From assembly GCA_000320545.1 (NCBI GenBank), contig ADNK01003385.1, forward strand, positions 9,200-73,199: a stretch of DNA of 64,000 nucleotides. The letters are read 5' to 3'. Positions 1 through 15,680 of the stretch are shown here, piece after piece. Below the pieces are notes generated by a model. It searched no databases and was not told the DNA's origin. It worked only from the letters and a program-made list of their open reading frames with translations. Each line of letters begins with the position of its first letter. The first letter of the stretch is position 1. This DNA comes from Bigelowiella natans CCMP2755 (lineage: Eukaryota > Protista > Cercozoa). The position numbers were made by a program, and so were the translations under genes.

Positions 1-901
1 TGTGCTTAGAGTTGGACGAGATTTCCTTCGGCTAGGGAGAGGCTTCTCAACCTAGTGCTCTCCTCTGGGGTTAGAGCCCCCATTTTTCTCAGTGGAGATG
101 TCCACTTCGCTGAAATCTCAGAGGCAGTTTGCAGTTGTCAGGAACCTTTGGAGAATGAAAGCAATTATGCATTGGCTAATGAGAGTGGGGGGGGTAGAAC
201 AGACGATAGTAAGAGCACCCCAGAAAGCACGCTCCTAGAATTTACAAGCAGCGGATTGACCCACAGCTGGAAAGAAAGTTTGAACAACCCTGCCAAGCTC
301 ATTCTTGCTAGCATGTGTGATTAGAAAGATTGTAGGGGTGAGGAATTGAAGTCTCCATCTTTTTTTGGTCTAAACTTTGGCGACAATGGGTTTAGACGGA
401 TGGATCATGCCGAGCTTGTTGGACGCCTTCCTTGGCCTTCCTGGAAATTTAGCCTACCAGAAGGAAGGTTGTTGCTTTGTGATAGAGGAGTCTTCGACTG
501 TTGATCGGCTACTGAACGTTGCTCGTGGATCATCATTTTAAAGCTCACAGCTGCTATGTTGTGGTGTGTGCTTGCCAGGGCTAATGTACGTGGGAATGAA
601 CTTTGGAGAGATCGAGTTCAGACTTGTAATGGGGTTTTTATCTGCTCCCCCCCCCCCCCCCTTTCTTTGACACCATGCATTGTAGCACATTCCTCATTTT
701 CTCTTTCTCGCTCCACGCTATCATGGATATCTTTGACAGGACCAAGAGACGCCATCTATTGTTGTAAGGATCCATGGGAAAGAGTCCAAAATACATATGT
801 CCCGAACCTACTCCCTTGACATGCTGACCCCGCCTTCCATCATAACACAACGCTCCAGACAGCGCAGCAATGACTGCAGCTGCCGTGGAGTAAACGAATA
901 G
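1..901 (+). CDS. PhoD-like alkaline phosphatase D family protein, 3' part (spliced, 5' end outside window)
   Basis: Motifs SWTRFPSARERLL, IFLSGDVHFAEIS, LLEFTSSGLTHSW and YVGMNFGEIEF are typical of the PhoD C-terminal half. The last exon probably ends at TAG 899-901. Confidence 0.8.
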
Positions 902-2276
902 AGACGCTCGATGAAGTATTGATTCGTTGCACATTTAAGCAACCTTTGCCACCAGAAAGAAGTGTTTAAGAAGTTAGGGCGAGTTTGCACTAGTTGTACA
1001 TGGATAAGCTCTGTACGTTTGCAGGGTTTTTGGGGGCGTGTGCGTGACCAATTACTTTAAGGTCAGCAGTCTGTTTACCAATGAACCCCATGCTTTGCCT
1101 TCACACAATCGTAGCAATTTTGAGATCGATAACAGAGGAAAAATGATTAACAAGAAAAGAAAATATAAATGGCCGTAGCGCCAGACCAGCAACAGCAGGC
1201 ACTGCAGACACAATGCATGCATGGCACATCCACGTATACACGCACAGTATATAACAGCTAGGCAGCATCGATCGATGCACCACCAAATGAGTGCCTGCTG
1301 TGTGATGACAGTAAAGCTATACATGTACTACTAGACTAGACAAACAGCTTTAACGAACAATGAAGCACAGTACGTACGATACTAGACCAGCAGATAAGTG
1401 TGATGTGTGCATGATGTGTGATGTGTGATAATATAATAATAATAATAATAGCATGCATGACAATTCACTAAGCGTATCTAGGCATGCTTGCATGTGTACG
1501 TAGTATGACCATATGTGTGCATTAGCGCGCAGGTAAATGCCTTCTGCGTGTCGTCACATGTCGCATGTCTGAGTACGACGCTCATGCATCAGCGCTACAC
1601 ACACACACACACACACGCGCGCGTACAGGGATAGCTAGAGGGGACTTGTCTAGGGCTAGAGGGTATGGTGTATAAAGCACGCATGAAGACTTATACCTTT
1701 ATTTTTTGCACATTTTATTGCTTTTTTTTTGGCTGTGCTTTTGACACGTGAAAGTGCACACACATTTGCTTACATACCCCCTGATCCCCCCAATGACAAT
1801 GAGGTGAAGCACACAATGTGTGTGGTGGTGACACAATCTAGCAGCAGTCTAGCAATGAATCAACAATGCTATGAAACAAACAGGTGATGAGATGAAGCAG
1901 TCGCGCACGCAAAACAGTCGAATCGCTATGCGAAAAAACAGGATGAGCTTGCACGTCACCACCCCGACCCGTACTAGCGTAGGCTAGTAGGGTGGGGACA
2001 TTAAATTCAAACAAAATGATGACACAACACACACCGTACTACATCCAGACGTATGTGGATGGATCACGCTAGCATGTGTGTACTGCTGGACTCATACGAG
2101 TATATGCGTATGCACATGTAGTATATGCGTATGCACATGTGTACATAATAGTTAGATTCTTTCATTACTAAAATTTTGTACGATATTTGTACAGAACAGC
2201 ATAATGTGGAAGACAATAGCACGCATCATAACAACTAGTTCTTGCACCATATCTACTATATATTGTTGGGTCTCTG

Positions 2277-2488
2277 CTAATAATGTGTAATTATAAAATC
2301 GGCTGGAGTGCTGAGCACATCGAAGAAAAGGTTAAGATCCTCACTGGCTACTTGAAATGTGTTTTTAAGAAGATCATATAGGAAAAACTGTCCCGCAATT
2401 ATAGGCGTCGCCCACAGTATCCTGTTAGAAGAGAGAAGAGAAGAGAGTTATCATCATCATCATCCTTTTTTATTCTCCCAAAATGTCG

Positions 2489-2522
<34 letters not shown>

Positions 2523-2896
2523 ATCCTCTCAATTGTCATCAGTCGTCGTCGTCATCATCACGCTCTGTTTGCAAGTTGTCGGTCGCACATCTATATCATA
2601 TGCTACCTGCTTGGCAACCCAAGGTACAGCCCAGCGAGGCCAAATTCCTACCACAACACAACACGGAGAGGGGGAGGTTCAGAATCAATGATCGTGGATT
2701 TGAATAACACGTTGATGATCTTGCATTCGCCTTCATCCTACCTAGCACCACTGCTCTATATGAGCACTGTTATATATGCTACCTTGACAAGTTGTCTAAA
2801 AGCGTCTACGAAGGAAATTCCTCCTTCTTGCTTCATCTTGCTAAGAATGGTATCTGCAGGCTGGGATACGACAGAGGCTGCTAATCCAGCAACTGG

Positions 2897-2928
<32 letters not shown>

Positions 2929-3008
2929 TGATGTTGTTGTTTGGGTAGGTAATATTAGGTAAGAATCATAATCATCTAAGTGCCAATGTTAGTAAATGGC
3001 GATTGCAC

Positions 3009-3040
<32 letters not shown>

Positions 3041-3260
3041 CTTCCTATTACTACAACAACAACAACTACTACTATCACCACTACTACTACTGCCAGAGCT
3101 ACTAGCAAGCTTCTTCTTGTTCTTGTTCTTCTTCTTCTTCTACCTGCCCCAGCTAAAAACGATACGAACAACTGGCTGGACGAGGTGTCGGTTAACGAAG
3201 GGAATATTCTACCAAATACACGTATCATTTCTCAGAATTGTGATCGTCATTGCACTCCCC

Positions 3261-3292
<32 letters not shown>

Positions 3293-3366
3293 ATCACGAA
3301 ATACACATTTTAATGATGAGTAATACGGTACTGTAGCATGGGCAGAGAATTGGCGTCTAACCACAT

Positions 3367-3410
<44 letters not shown>

Positions 3411-5317
3411 CATATTTATAATATGCAATGAATGATGATGATGAGGGGCCGGTCTTCTACGGCTATTGTTACCTAAATATCTCGTCTGCAAACGAGTCAA
3501 ATATGAAGAACTTCATCATTCCGAAGAGGACCTAAGAATGGAGAGTGATAGGCGATGAAGAGGGGGAGGGAGGGAGGGATCTACTCTACTACGACGAAGA
3601 GACGCTGTCGGTGAATCCACAAATGCATTCATGTAGCAGCGAGCAATTGAAGACTAAAAGCAGCCAAACGATGATGGCAAGGAAACGAATGGCAAGGACA
3701 GATGTGTAGTAGTAAGAAGGGGGCGGGGGATGATAGCACTGCAATCCCTTCCTGTGATGACGTATGTAGCTAAAAAGTAATGCTGCATCGTTCTTCGGTG
3801 AGAAATTTCTTCATCATCATCATCTTCTTCTTCTTCTTCTTTTTCTCCTTCTCTTCCAAAATGCTGGCATCAACAAAGCGAAACCCCCATACGTCTTTCT
3901 CTCTCTATATTGCTATTACTACCTGTCTTGTAGCCAGGGGGCCGAATCCTTGAAACAGTGACGCTACCCCCTCCTCCTTGCTGATCCTCTGAGAAGAAAG
4001 AAAGACCGTCAGGCAGCGTTGTTGTCATCATCAGAGAATGAGAAAAGGTGATGATCTACCCACGCCTCATAATCCATACTATTATTTCTACCACCACTAC
4101 TGATACTACTACTACTGCTGCTGCTGCTCTTTCTGTTAGTAGTAGTACCTTCAACGTGCTGACGAATGAATCAGCATAGTCAGGTTGTGCTACGATGCGA
4201 ATACGAGCGGTCTCTGCAGGGGTAACACCGATGCATGCAACGACTGTCGCCAAAGCGCCTAAGAGTAGCATTAGCAGCAGGAGTAGTAGTAGAGAACAAC
4301 GAATATCTTACTTGAAATAATGATCACGATCAAGATGATGATCACAGATGGGTTGAAATATTTACGAATATACAGCATCATCATCATCATCATCATCATC
4401 ATCATTGTTCTTCGCATAACCATCGACGCTCTCATCATGCACCAACGATCAATGTTGTACGTTGTTTGTTCTTCATCATTCATCACTTACCAGCCATAAG
4501 CACCAAGGGCACGTGGAAGGTCTCTGCGTAAGTCTCTCCAGCCTTTCCATATATTTAAAGTTATTAAGAGATATATGCTGTAGCACTCCTTCATCCGTAC
4601 AAAAAACCATCATCATCACCATCACCACCATCACCATTTAATACAATAGCGACATTAACAACATCATCGATACAACAGCAAGCTAGTACTAGTACTGACC
4701 AAACTAACAAGTTCTCTCTTGAGGAGCTCGTAGCCTGGATACACCGTGAGTCCATACCACGAGTACCCAACCACAGTCGCCCCTATTGATAAGATATATA
4801 GAGTTAGGAAGTCAGCTCACGACTACTACTATCTGCTACTAACAGCAGTACCAGCAATAATAGTATTGATCATAATAATGATATTATAAGAATGATAATA
4901 TGCACCTGCGCCGAGCAGCAGCGCGCCCCCTCCCTCCTAAAAATGACGGGTTATATTGATGTCAGTAGTTAATCGAGGGTTACTACTAGTCTTCTTATCT
5001 TCCTCCTCCTCCCCCTCCTCCTCCTCCTCCTCCTCCTCCAGAAGCAACTCCTCCCCCCTCCTCAAACTTCGCTTGTATGAGTAAGCATTATTATCATTGT
5101 TGTTATTTATTACTATCACCTCTTTATATATCCTAGCCGCTCCTTCAATCAAGTTTGGATACCTAGTAGCATTCGCCATCATCATAATCACGACAATTAT
5201 AGCGGTAGAGCCGATGATGATGATGATGATGATGATTATGATGACGGTGAGAAAATACCAACGATGGTTGTGATGATGGTGATGGTGACGATATGGATGA
5301 TAGTGATAATGAGAACA

Positions 5318-5366
<49 letters not shown>

Positions 5367-5987
5367 GCGTGCGCGCGCGCGCACTTCTTTTACTTGTACT
5401 GCTATCATTTTCACATACATGTCGGGGTTGGTTTGAAGGCGCGTCTTAACGACATCTAAGGGTACTAGCACTCCGTGAGTTGTGGTGCACCCTGCGAGCT
5501 GTATGCAGCAAATCAATAGAGTCAAGAGTTGAACAAACCAAACAAAAATTACGCAAAATCACTAGAATTCAAGATGGGACAAGCAGCAGAAAAAAGCTAC
5601 ATTTTCATTATCGTTATCATTATTATTGCTATGATTGTTATTGATATATACTAGCAATTTGGTGTTTATACATGTTCTTCTTAGTGACATCTCTATGCTA
5701 CTCATACCACTACCATGCTGCGGCTACTAGAAAATCGATTATATGTATGCAAATACCCCTGCGGCCGCGAACACGGCGTAGATGACCGTATTTAGCCTGT
5801 GAGAGTTACAAAAACAACGAGTAGAACGATGATTGATCGAAGAAGCACAGCATCATCATCACCACCATCATCATCATGATCACTATCACAAAAATCGATC
5901 TTTCTAAGATAATCGAGTGAGAGAGGGAGAGAGAGAAAGGAGAAATGCATTCAAGGAGCACTCTCTTGAAGCAACCACATCTCTATT

Positions 5988-6022
<35 letters not shown>

Positions 6023-6289
6023 ATAGTTATCATTTATTGTAATTATTGTAGTGCTAGGTAGGTCTACCTTCTCTCTCTGCTAACAGGAGAAGCTGCTTTC
6101 TCCTTCGGTTCCTAAAGAAGATTAATACCAATATATATTGTTGATACTGGTATTGATTGAGAGTATTATACATATGAATGATACTCAATACACCACCAAT
6201 AACGGAAGAGAAACACTGACAGGTCAAACGTTAAGTTTCTTCGTCTCCTTTTCTAATCTTCATCATCACCATCATCACCATCATCGCCA

Positions 6290-6325
<36 letters not shown>

Positions 6326-6660
6326 CTGAAGAAGAAATTGATGTGACTTCGGTACCTAATAGATTTGATGATGATGATGAGGAGGAGGAGGAGGAGGAGG
6401 AGGGGGAGGGGGGGGCGAGGAGGGTGGTTCGTGGGGTTGATGATGAGCGACATGGCAAAAATGATTCCTACCTAATGAAATGGCGCGTATGATGATGTTT
6501 ACCAAAGGCACTTATTATTATAATTATTATTGTTACTATTATTATCATTATTATTATTATTACTACTATTATTATCATTTTCCGTGAGTAGTATCATGGC
6601 TGTGTATGGTGATGGAATTATTCTTATAGGATTGAGCACTACATCATTATTATCGATCAG

Positions 6661-6694
<34 letters not shown>

Positions 6695-7191
6695 AGTTGT
6701 TTACCTGATTGTATGGGATGTAATATCCGGAAGAAGTAGCGTCATTAGGAGAAGACAGCTTCAGCGGTGTCGAGGAGTGGAGTAGCCTTTGGTATTAGTT
6801 AGGGTGGTGGTTATATAATATATATATCGAAGAACAACAGCAAATAGTACTAACGAATGAGTCATTAAGGCACGAGGTAGGTACACATTGCAGCAGTGGT
6901 AGTAGTAGTAGAAGTAGTGGTAGTAGTAGTTGTAGTGTTAGTAGTAGTAGCAGCCGTAGTTCTAACAGTAGCAGGGGGAGGGGGAGGAGGAGGAGAGGGG
7001 TGATAATGATGATAATGATAATGATGATGATGATGATGGTGATGATAATGCAAACCATGGGAGGTTCCGCTCATCAAGATTCTCCTCGACGGCTGAAAGC
7101 AGTTATCATTATATGTATTTGTATCATGAATGTGATGGTAATACTCGTATATATCTGCTACATGTCCTAACCATCGTGGAAAATAGAAGTA

Positions 7192-7232
<41 letters not shown>

Positions 7233-7460
7233 AGCATAGTAGTTGTTGGATAGAGAAAAGTGTGGAATTTTAACTTAGAAAGAAGAAAGAAGAAGAAGAA
7301 GAAGAAGAAGAAGAAGAGGGAGGGGAAGTTGTAGTAGAAGAAGAAGAATAAGAATATGATCATTCTTGAAAGTGATTGAGACAGAGCAGCAGCAGGAGGA
7401 GGAGGACTACATTTCTGCATCTCTCGAAGAACAATTCCGCCGCTTATACTCTCCTGGTGG

Positions 7461-7501
<41 letters not shown>

Positions 7502-8739
7502 AAAACACAAGAACACAATTTCTTATAAAAATGATGATGATGATATAATGGGTTTCTTATCTTCAGTATATTACTAGCTGATGATGCCATCATCATCATC
7601 TTCTTCTTCATCATCGTGTTGTTGTCTTTTTACTTGGAATTGAGGTTCTACATCCAGCTGCTCTTTGCATTCTTTAATTAGTGCTTTGGGCTGCATCTCT
7701 CCAGGAAGCATCGAGAACTAATGATGATAATTGATGATGTTGATGATGATGATGATAATAATGAAGATGTAACAATGATGACTAACATCAATCTTGAGAA
7801 TAATGGGAGTATGGAACGTTTCCCCGTCTCTCAATATATAATAGAATACTCTCATGGATAATGATGATGACAATACCCCGTAAGTAACATGAATGCATTG
7901 GCGCATACACGAGAAGCACACAATAGATAATAACTAACTACGGCTAGTATCTACCGCGAGAAGAAGCTGTTTCCTGGCTACAGGTGTGCCCCCATATAAC
8001 GTCAAAAGTCTTTGCAATAATCTCGTAGAACCTATTTGCAGCAGAGGGAAGGAGGAGGAGTGGATTTATGATAAGGATGATGATGATGGTGGTGGGGATG
8101 ATGATGATCGTTGTGGTGGTGATAGTTCCGATATACTCTACCAACAACAACAACAACAACGACGACGTCAACGATAATACACCTTGAGGGTCAGTGTAAG
8201 ATCCGAGCCTTGATGATGGTAGTCGTCAGCATCGTTGATTATTGCCAGGAGATTAATGATTGCAAGAATGATAGTAGCAATCAAGGGTCGTCGTTCATTT
8301 ATAACATCATACCAAACGTGTGCGACAGAGAAGGAGCATAGAGGATGGTGATGCGTAAAGAACAAACAAACAAACAAACAAACAAGAGGGGGATAATAAT
8401 AATAATAATAAGAAGAAGAAGAAGAAGAAAATCAGATTCTATGTGATGATGGTGGTCGCGGGTGAGGATGATGATAGTACACTAAGTGATGAGTAGTGTG
8501 TGTATTCTATTGAAAGTTTCCTATTTTATCACTTGATGATGATGTAGTTGCTGCTACCCGTACTGCAAGGAAAGAGCGTATTCTCCTAAAGCTTTTCTCA
8601 TATATTCATCCTTTTCCTCCGGCCTGATAGGACATCGATATACAGCAGTATTATGATAATGGTAACAATAATTATTGGCGCTAGTTGTAGGTGTAGTAGC
8701 AGCAGTATCAAGGGTAGGAATAAGAATGGGAGAAAATGA

Positions 8740-8774
<35 letters not shown>

Positions 8775-8942
8775 ATGATGATGATGATGATGATGATGAC
8801 GATGCCTGATGATGATGAAAAACGAGGAAAATAGAGACTAGAAACATTCCCAATAATTTCAATAGGAACGACTCATACAAATACCACCTCAATTTTGGAT
8901 TTAATGAAGATTGTTTGTAACGCCAGTACCCAAGTCCACGAC

Positions 8943-8990
<48 letters not shown>

Positions 8991-8993
8991 ATA

Positions 8994-9024
<31 letters not shown>

Positions 9025-9360
9025 ATTTTGTGTGATTTATATTCCAAATAATGAATAATATTTAAGTTTCAAATGCTGTCTGAGCAGTAGCAATTGTATG
9101 CAGCATTATCATCGTCAATATCATCATCCTCCTCCTCCTCCTGATCATCATCATCTTGTTGTTGTTGTTGTTCTTGTACGTACGTCTCCTCAAAGTGAAT
9201 GAAGAAACGTGAGAGGTAAGATGTAAACTTGCGATTGTACATTGACAGCGACTTTTCGAACTGATCGTTGTCCAAAGACAACAAACAACAACGACAACAA
9301 CAACAAAAAGAACAAGAAGAAGAAGAAGAAGCAGAAGCACGTCTCACACAAAGCATGACC

Positions 9361-9398
<38 letters not shown>

Positions 9399-9862
9399 CC
9401 CATATTCATATACTACAAGTGTAGTCTGGCAAAGGTAACGTTAGTCCGTAGGTACTCTCTTCTATCACAACAGCATCACAACTATAATGATGCTATACAG
9501 CATCATGAACAACGCAATCATCATGATCATCATGATCATCATGATCATGATCATGATCATCATCGTCGTCGTCGTAGTCTTTTTCTTCTCATTATCTTTT
9601 CTTTTAATTAGTAGTCCCCTCCTCCTCCCCCTCTTTATTTGTTGGGATGTTTGTAGAATGATTACATTATCTCTGTCAACCAATGACGTCTCCAGCTTTC
9701 TCCATACACATCCATCAGGCTCTACGCATATAGCACCCTCCCCTGCACAACCCCACGCAATAATCATGTGTCAGCATAATGAACATCCTCAAATAGTGCG
9801 TGGTAGAGAGAGAGAGGGAGGAAGAGGAAGAGAGAGAGAGAGATAGAGAAGACACCAATATA

Positions 9863-9905
<43 letters not shown>

Positions 9906-10688
9906 CAATTCCACGCTGAGCTACTTTTTACAACACCACCCACCTGTATTTCTCCAATTATACTTCCAACCCCCCAAGCATTCCTCCTGAGCAGCTGCTT
10001 TTGGAAACAACCTTGGGACCTCATCCTCTCCTTGGTACTCCCTCAACCGCTCCTTGCTGTTACTACCCCCTCCATTTATTGTCCCAACACCAAAACTATT
10101 ACCCCCACCACCACCGATATTTCTGCCAGCATAGTAAGGCTCTTTCGAGTAAATACTATCTGGATCTCTACTTCTCCCCAGCGCAGCGGCCATGGCGCTG
10201 TTAGTATTGCTGCTACTCGCCGCTGCGATGGTACTTGCTAGCCCCAGGAGTGAGGCCATTTTAAGCGTGTCCCTTTTCTTTCTCCTACTACTGCTCAGTG
10301 ACTGTTGAGGAGGGGTAGGAAGAGGAGGACGAAGAGAAGATGATGATGATGACGATGCTTTTTTTGCCAAGGGTGTGACTTCAGGCTTAATACGAACACC
10401 CCCCTTCTCCTTTCTCACTCCTCGCCCAAGCCCACTGTTTATTGACGGGGCTGAAGGAAATTCTGAAGCAGGTTGTGATGATGATGATGGCAGCAGCATT
10501 TGTTCTTTGCGAAGACGCTGCATAACTTTGGCTCGTTGCTGCCGCGAATGTACGCGTCCCTCACAGCCCAGAATCATAATCACCCAAAGAGCAGTGACAA
10601 GAATACGTCGTTGTATCCTCCTTTCCTGCTGCTGCATTACCACCCGCTGCTGCTGCCACTGTTGGCTCTCCTCCCTCTGATTCCCCAT
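2277..10688 (-). CDS. Mitochondrial-carrier-family (SLC25) phosphate carrier with long N-terminal extension and targeting leader; ~20+ exons
   Basis: Carrier exons include AGCTTTHGVLVPLDVVKTRLQT, VVGYSWYGLTVYPGYELLKR, VTPAETARIRIVAQP, FQGFGPLATRQ/VLFGMMKFFIFD, SVVSQPADTILSKMK and GQFFLYDLLK (stop 2277-2279). Upstream same-strand exons run on to a first exon with a hydrophobic signal (ILVTALWVIMILGCEG). The carrier part (2277-5800) is confident; its joining to 6000-10688 is inferred. Confidence 0.75.
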
Positions 10689-11346
10689 CGAGTTTCTTCC
10701 TTCCACCACTGAGGGGTCAGCAACTGATATCTCACACTCTTTCGACCAGCTGTTGTGCTATCAGTGCATCGTAGATTGAAGAGGAAGGTGGTGAAAGGGG
10801 GGTTTTAGAGATGAAGTACGAGCTGGTTATGGGGAGGAGGCTTCTGCTTCGAACATGTGGCGGGAAAAGCGCCTTGCATGTCAGGAGCAAAATCCCCAGA
10901 AAAGGCCATTTCTTGGACTACGACAACAAAAGGAATGACCATCACCACGAGATCACCCCGAGATAAGAAACTCGTTGCATCTGGGTTAAGAAGCAAGTAA
11001 TCCATTTGATTGGATAGCTGCGACTTGGAGATAAACACAAAATAGGATGATGTGCCATGTAAATGAAGGAAGTGTGTTCTTTCCCTCTTCCTTCTTACAC
11101 CTTTCATTCGATCAGTGGCAGATATCTCCTGTCTCCGAGGTGTATTCCTGTGGTAAATAATGGCTGCGACTTTGTAATTTACTGAAATTTTTGCGGATTT
11201 TGAGATATCAGCTCGCTAAAAGTGGAAGTCGATAGTTGCATCAATACTCCAACGCACACGCACCGGGTAGCTTCTCCTTAACCGCCCACCTCTCTCTCTT
11301 GATACCTCTCGGTAAATCCCTCTCTTCTTCCGTACAAAGGATAACT

Positions 11347-12846
11347 ATGGAACGGAGGTACTATTTTAAGCTCTACACTTGAAAAAATTGGAAAGTATTT
11401 CAACTCAATGGGTTGATTTGTTCAGATGGGCTTATTTCGCTATCAGTATCTTCGTGTCTACGGTGAAAAAAATGTTATCTACATGACGCCGATGTTTGAA
11501 GTTGATGTGGTATTTGATATTCTAGTGTTGTGCCGTCAACTACGCTTTTGCTGTGCTCACGGATACGTTGAAAGATGATTTTCACTTTACGCAAACGCAA
11601 GTTGATTTTGTCGGTAAGGAGCAAAGTAGAACAACCTCCCAGCATGACTGGTTCTGCAAGACTTACCTCCTGTGTTCTTGTTTATGATATAGGTACGTGT
11701 GGAAATCTGGGTCAGTACTTCGGTTTTATCGCTGGGTTGGTCTTCGATAAGTATGGACCTAGGGTTAGCCTCACCGTTGCCGCCTTTCTTCTCCTTACGG
11801 GGTACTAAGTAACAAACGGTGTTCTTGGGTTGTTGATGTTCACAAAATCTACTAGCTAATAAAGTAACCTTCGATTTATAATGGCATCACGATATTCTTT
11901 TCGCTCTTCTTGAAAGGTTTGGATCACTAGCTATAGCCCTCAGTGGAGCTATTCCTCACCCAACCCTTGGGATGGTTGCGTTCTTCTACTTCATTGGATC
12001 ACGTACAAATAATACTACTAATCGATGATAAGATGTTACACGTGTTGCACTACACCACGATCGTTTATTCACACTATGTAATACCGGGATTACCATACCT
12101 GCTACTTATCTGTTGTATCCATTGATGACATTATGATTCTACTACTACTTACTACATCATTAGATTCGCAACCATGGTTAGACAACGCTGCAATAGTGAC
12201 GAATATATCCAATTTTCCTCAGCACACCGGGTAGTAGTAGTAGTACGATGTAGATGAAATGGTGTATATTATTATTATAATAATGATTATCATTTATTAT
12301 TATCAGGCTTGTCGTAGGGTTGGGGAAGGCCTTCAATGGCCTCGGAGCAAGCGTCCTAAGCTTGATCTATTCCGGAGCATTCGCACCAAATGCAGTATTG
12401 TATCTGGTCTTTCTTTCAATATTTCCTACAGTCGTTGCGCTTGTTGCTGCTAGTATAGCACGAATCGTCGATCATCAAGCTCAAATCAAACCATGCTACA
12501 CAGGACGTCTACTCCTCGGGTAGGTAGGAGGGTAGTAGAGGTAGGGGTAGGAGGATACCTAGGTAGTGGTTGTTGTTGATGATGATGATGATGATAGAGG
12601 AAATACTGTTACTTCCTCTCAACATCATCTACCTATATTTATCATCCTCATCCTCATCATCATCATCATCATCAACAACATCAGTATAATAATAATGGTG
12701 ATTGTCGTGATCATACACTACGTATGTGCAACCTATAACAGGTATGGTGTTGCAATACTATTGATGATATATCTTGCTTCGATCTCAATATATGAGTCCT
12801 CCATTGAGGGCGGTGTGGATTCTACAACAAAAGCTGTTTGTGCGGG

Positions 12847-12895
<49 letters not shown>

Positions 12896-13914
12896 GAGAA
12901 AGATGCAAACGGTTCTTATTAAGATCGAATTTCCCTTTTCTGGGAAAAAATGGTATGAATAACTGTGCAATTGACATCATAGCAGTCAATTTCACGAGTG
13001 ATGATCATAAGCGTGCATACTTCAATATTATACTCACAATGCATTTGTTATTGCTCTTTCCTCTCCTCCTCCCCTGTCCTCCTCTTCAATGCTTCTTTCT
13101 CTTCTTTCTCCACTACTATGAATCAACAAATATTTAGGGGCGTTGGTTGTATTCTATGGCGCATTTTTATACATTCCATTCTCATTTTCGAAACGGACGG
13201 CTGAACTTATGAAAGAAGGAAGTAATGACGATGATGATAATGATGATGATCATCATCGTGAGGCTACATCTTCTACCCCTGGTCGTCATTACACTAAGCT
13301 CGCTCCTGGGTCTGACCTTGCCATCAATAGGGGTGGTAAGAAGACACATCACACCCAATGATGATGATGATGATGAAGATGATGATGATGACGATGATGA
13401 TGATGATGATAATAATGGGAGTGGAGGTGCTGCTGCTGTATGTTTATATGTGTGTATGTATACTGCTACTATGGAAGAAGGAAGGACACATTATGCGAGA
13501 TAACGAGTCACAACTACCCTCATCAGTTGATTGATTCACGCTCGTAGTTACCTGCCAGCTGTGTGGAGAATAGTAATTCCAATACTACCACCAGATATTA
13601 CATATGTAGTAAGTAAGTAAGTGTGTGTGTGTGTGTGTGTGTGTGTATAAGGAGGAGGACACGTCAGCTATGACGAGAATAATAACGAAATCGAGGAGTT
13701 GAAAGCAGGAGGAAGAATAAGCAGCAAGGATGATGAGGAGGAGGAGGAGGAGGAAGAAGAAGGGAGAGGAAGTGTAAACAGTGATGATGATGGTATTCAC
13801 GAGGAGACTCACGGTGGGTATGTCCCTCTTTTGGGAGAAACCAATGTATGGCAAGCAATATGCACCATGGAATTCTGGCTGGTAGGTCACACCCACGGCA
13901 ATAGTAGTTGTATT

Positions 13915-13947
<33 letters not shown>

Positions 13948-14617
13948 GTGATATAAGGGTGATGATGCTACCTCACACACTTTTACTACTACTACTACTA
14001 CTACTACCACTACCACATTCTGTGTAAGACCATAGAAATTTATGACACACGTGCATCTGATTCTCCTCCTCCTCCTCCTCTTCTTCTTCTTTTCCAACTC
14101 TACACTACATAATAGTCGATCTTAATATCATATTTATGCGCACATATTGTTTCCTATACTATCACATTGTTTATCATTCATTATCATGCTGTTTTTGAGT
14201 TTGATTTTCTTCTTGTTGTTGTTCTTCTTTCTCTTTATCTTTGATGATGATCACACTATTGTAGGTATTTACCGCAACGACTATAATCGCAGGGTCCGGG
14301 CTAGCAGTCATCAATAATGTCGCTCAAATTGTGGAGGTGCTCGTCCTCATCACCATCCTTATCTTCATCATCATCATCATCATCGTGCATGAAATCTGAT
14401 AGGCTTTGAACGGAGGCAAGAAAGATTCGTCTACCACGGGTGTATTTGTGACGATAATAGCGAGTGGAAGTGCTTCAGGGCGACTAGCAGTAGGAGCCAT
14501 TGCCTCAGCATTCAAGTCAAAGCGGCAAAAATGGCAAATACTGCTCTGTATTAGTGCTATGCTCATGACGGCTGCTTGCTGCTTTCTTGGATGGATGTCA
14601 CAGGTACTACGAGTAGT

Positions 14618-14657
<40 letters not shown>

Positions 14658-15086
14658 AGAGAAAAGGAAATCAGAAAAGAAATAGTTGGCTGGAGGAGCA
14701 TGAGGAGAAGACTATCATAATCTTCATCATTACCATCTTAAATGATTACTACGAACAGCCTACCATGTATCTTCTTATTATATATAAATGTGTGTGATCA
14801 TCATTCAGCTTGGATCTCTATATGCTACGTGCTTGGTTGTGGGGATTGCATTTGGCATGTTATGGGCCTTGGTCACTAATAGTAGTAATAGTAGAGAACA
14901 TAATTACGAGAAACAACAACAATAACAACAAAAAGACGACGAAGAAACAGAAGAAGAAGAAACATACGAGAAAAGGGCTATTTTTTAACAAAGATTGAAT
15001 GAGCAAAGGAGGTGGTGATAAATGGCTATAAGTAGCTAATAATGAGGATACTTAATAAATAAGACAACACATCAACTTTGTTGTCG

Positions 15087-15125
<39 letters not shown>

Positions 15126-15465
15126 GATTTACATCCCTTTTTTTGGTTATTGTCAAGTCATCTAGACTTCCATGGTCACTCGCCATCAAATAATCTCATC
15201 TTGATCTTTCTGTTTATCCCCCCTCCTTCTCCTTCCTTCATCTTCTCCTCCTTGCTCAGGTTGTCCCCTTGCTGTTAGATCTCTACGGGATGTGCGAATT
15301 AGCAGCCATATACAGCGCTGTAAACTTTGCCCCGATGTTAGGCTCTTTGTGTATAGCGACGTATATATTCGGCACCTTCTACGATATTGAGAAACGTCAT
15401 CAAGGCAAAGCTGATAGTAGCGACGAGGCTTGCATTGGAATTCAGTGCTTTCAGACAGGTCATTT

Positions 15466-15498
<33 letters not shown>

Positions 15499-15643
15499 TC
15501 ATCTTATTCAATGAATGGAGAGTAACAATCAAGTTGCTCTCCATTCCCAAAGCAAATGTGTGTGTTGTTTGGACATATTAAGGATGGTAGGTAGGTAGGT
15601 AGGTAGGTAGGTAGGTAGTAGTAGCTGTTTGTGTGTGTGTGGA

Positions 15644-15680
<37 letters not shown>

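Noticed and set aside
10805-11107. 100-aa minus-strand ORF upstream of the carrier gene
   Set aside because: It has no recognisable motif or clear splice link and is probably UTR or promoter sequence.
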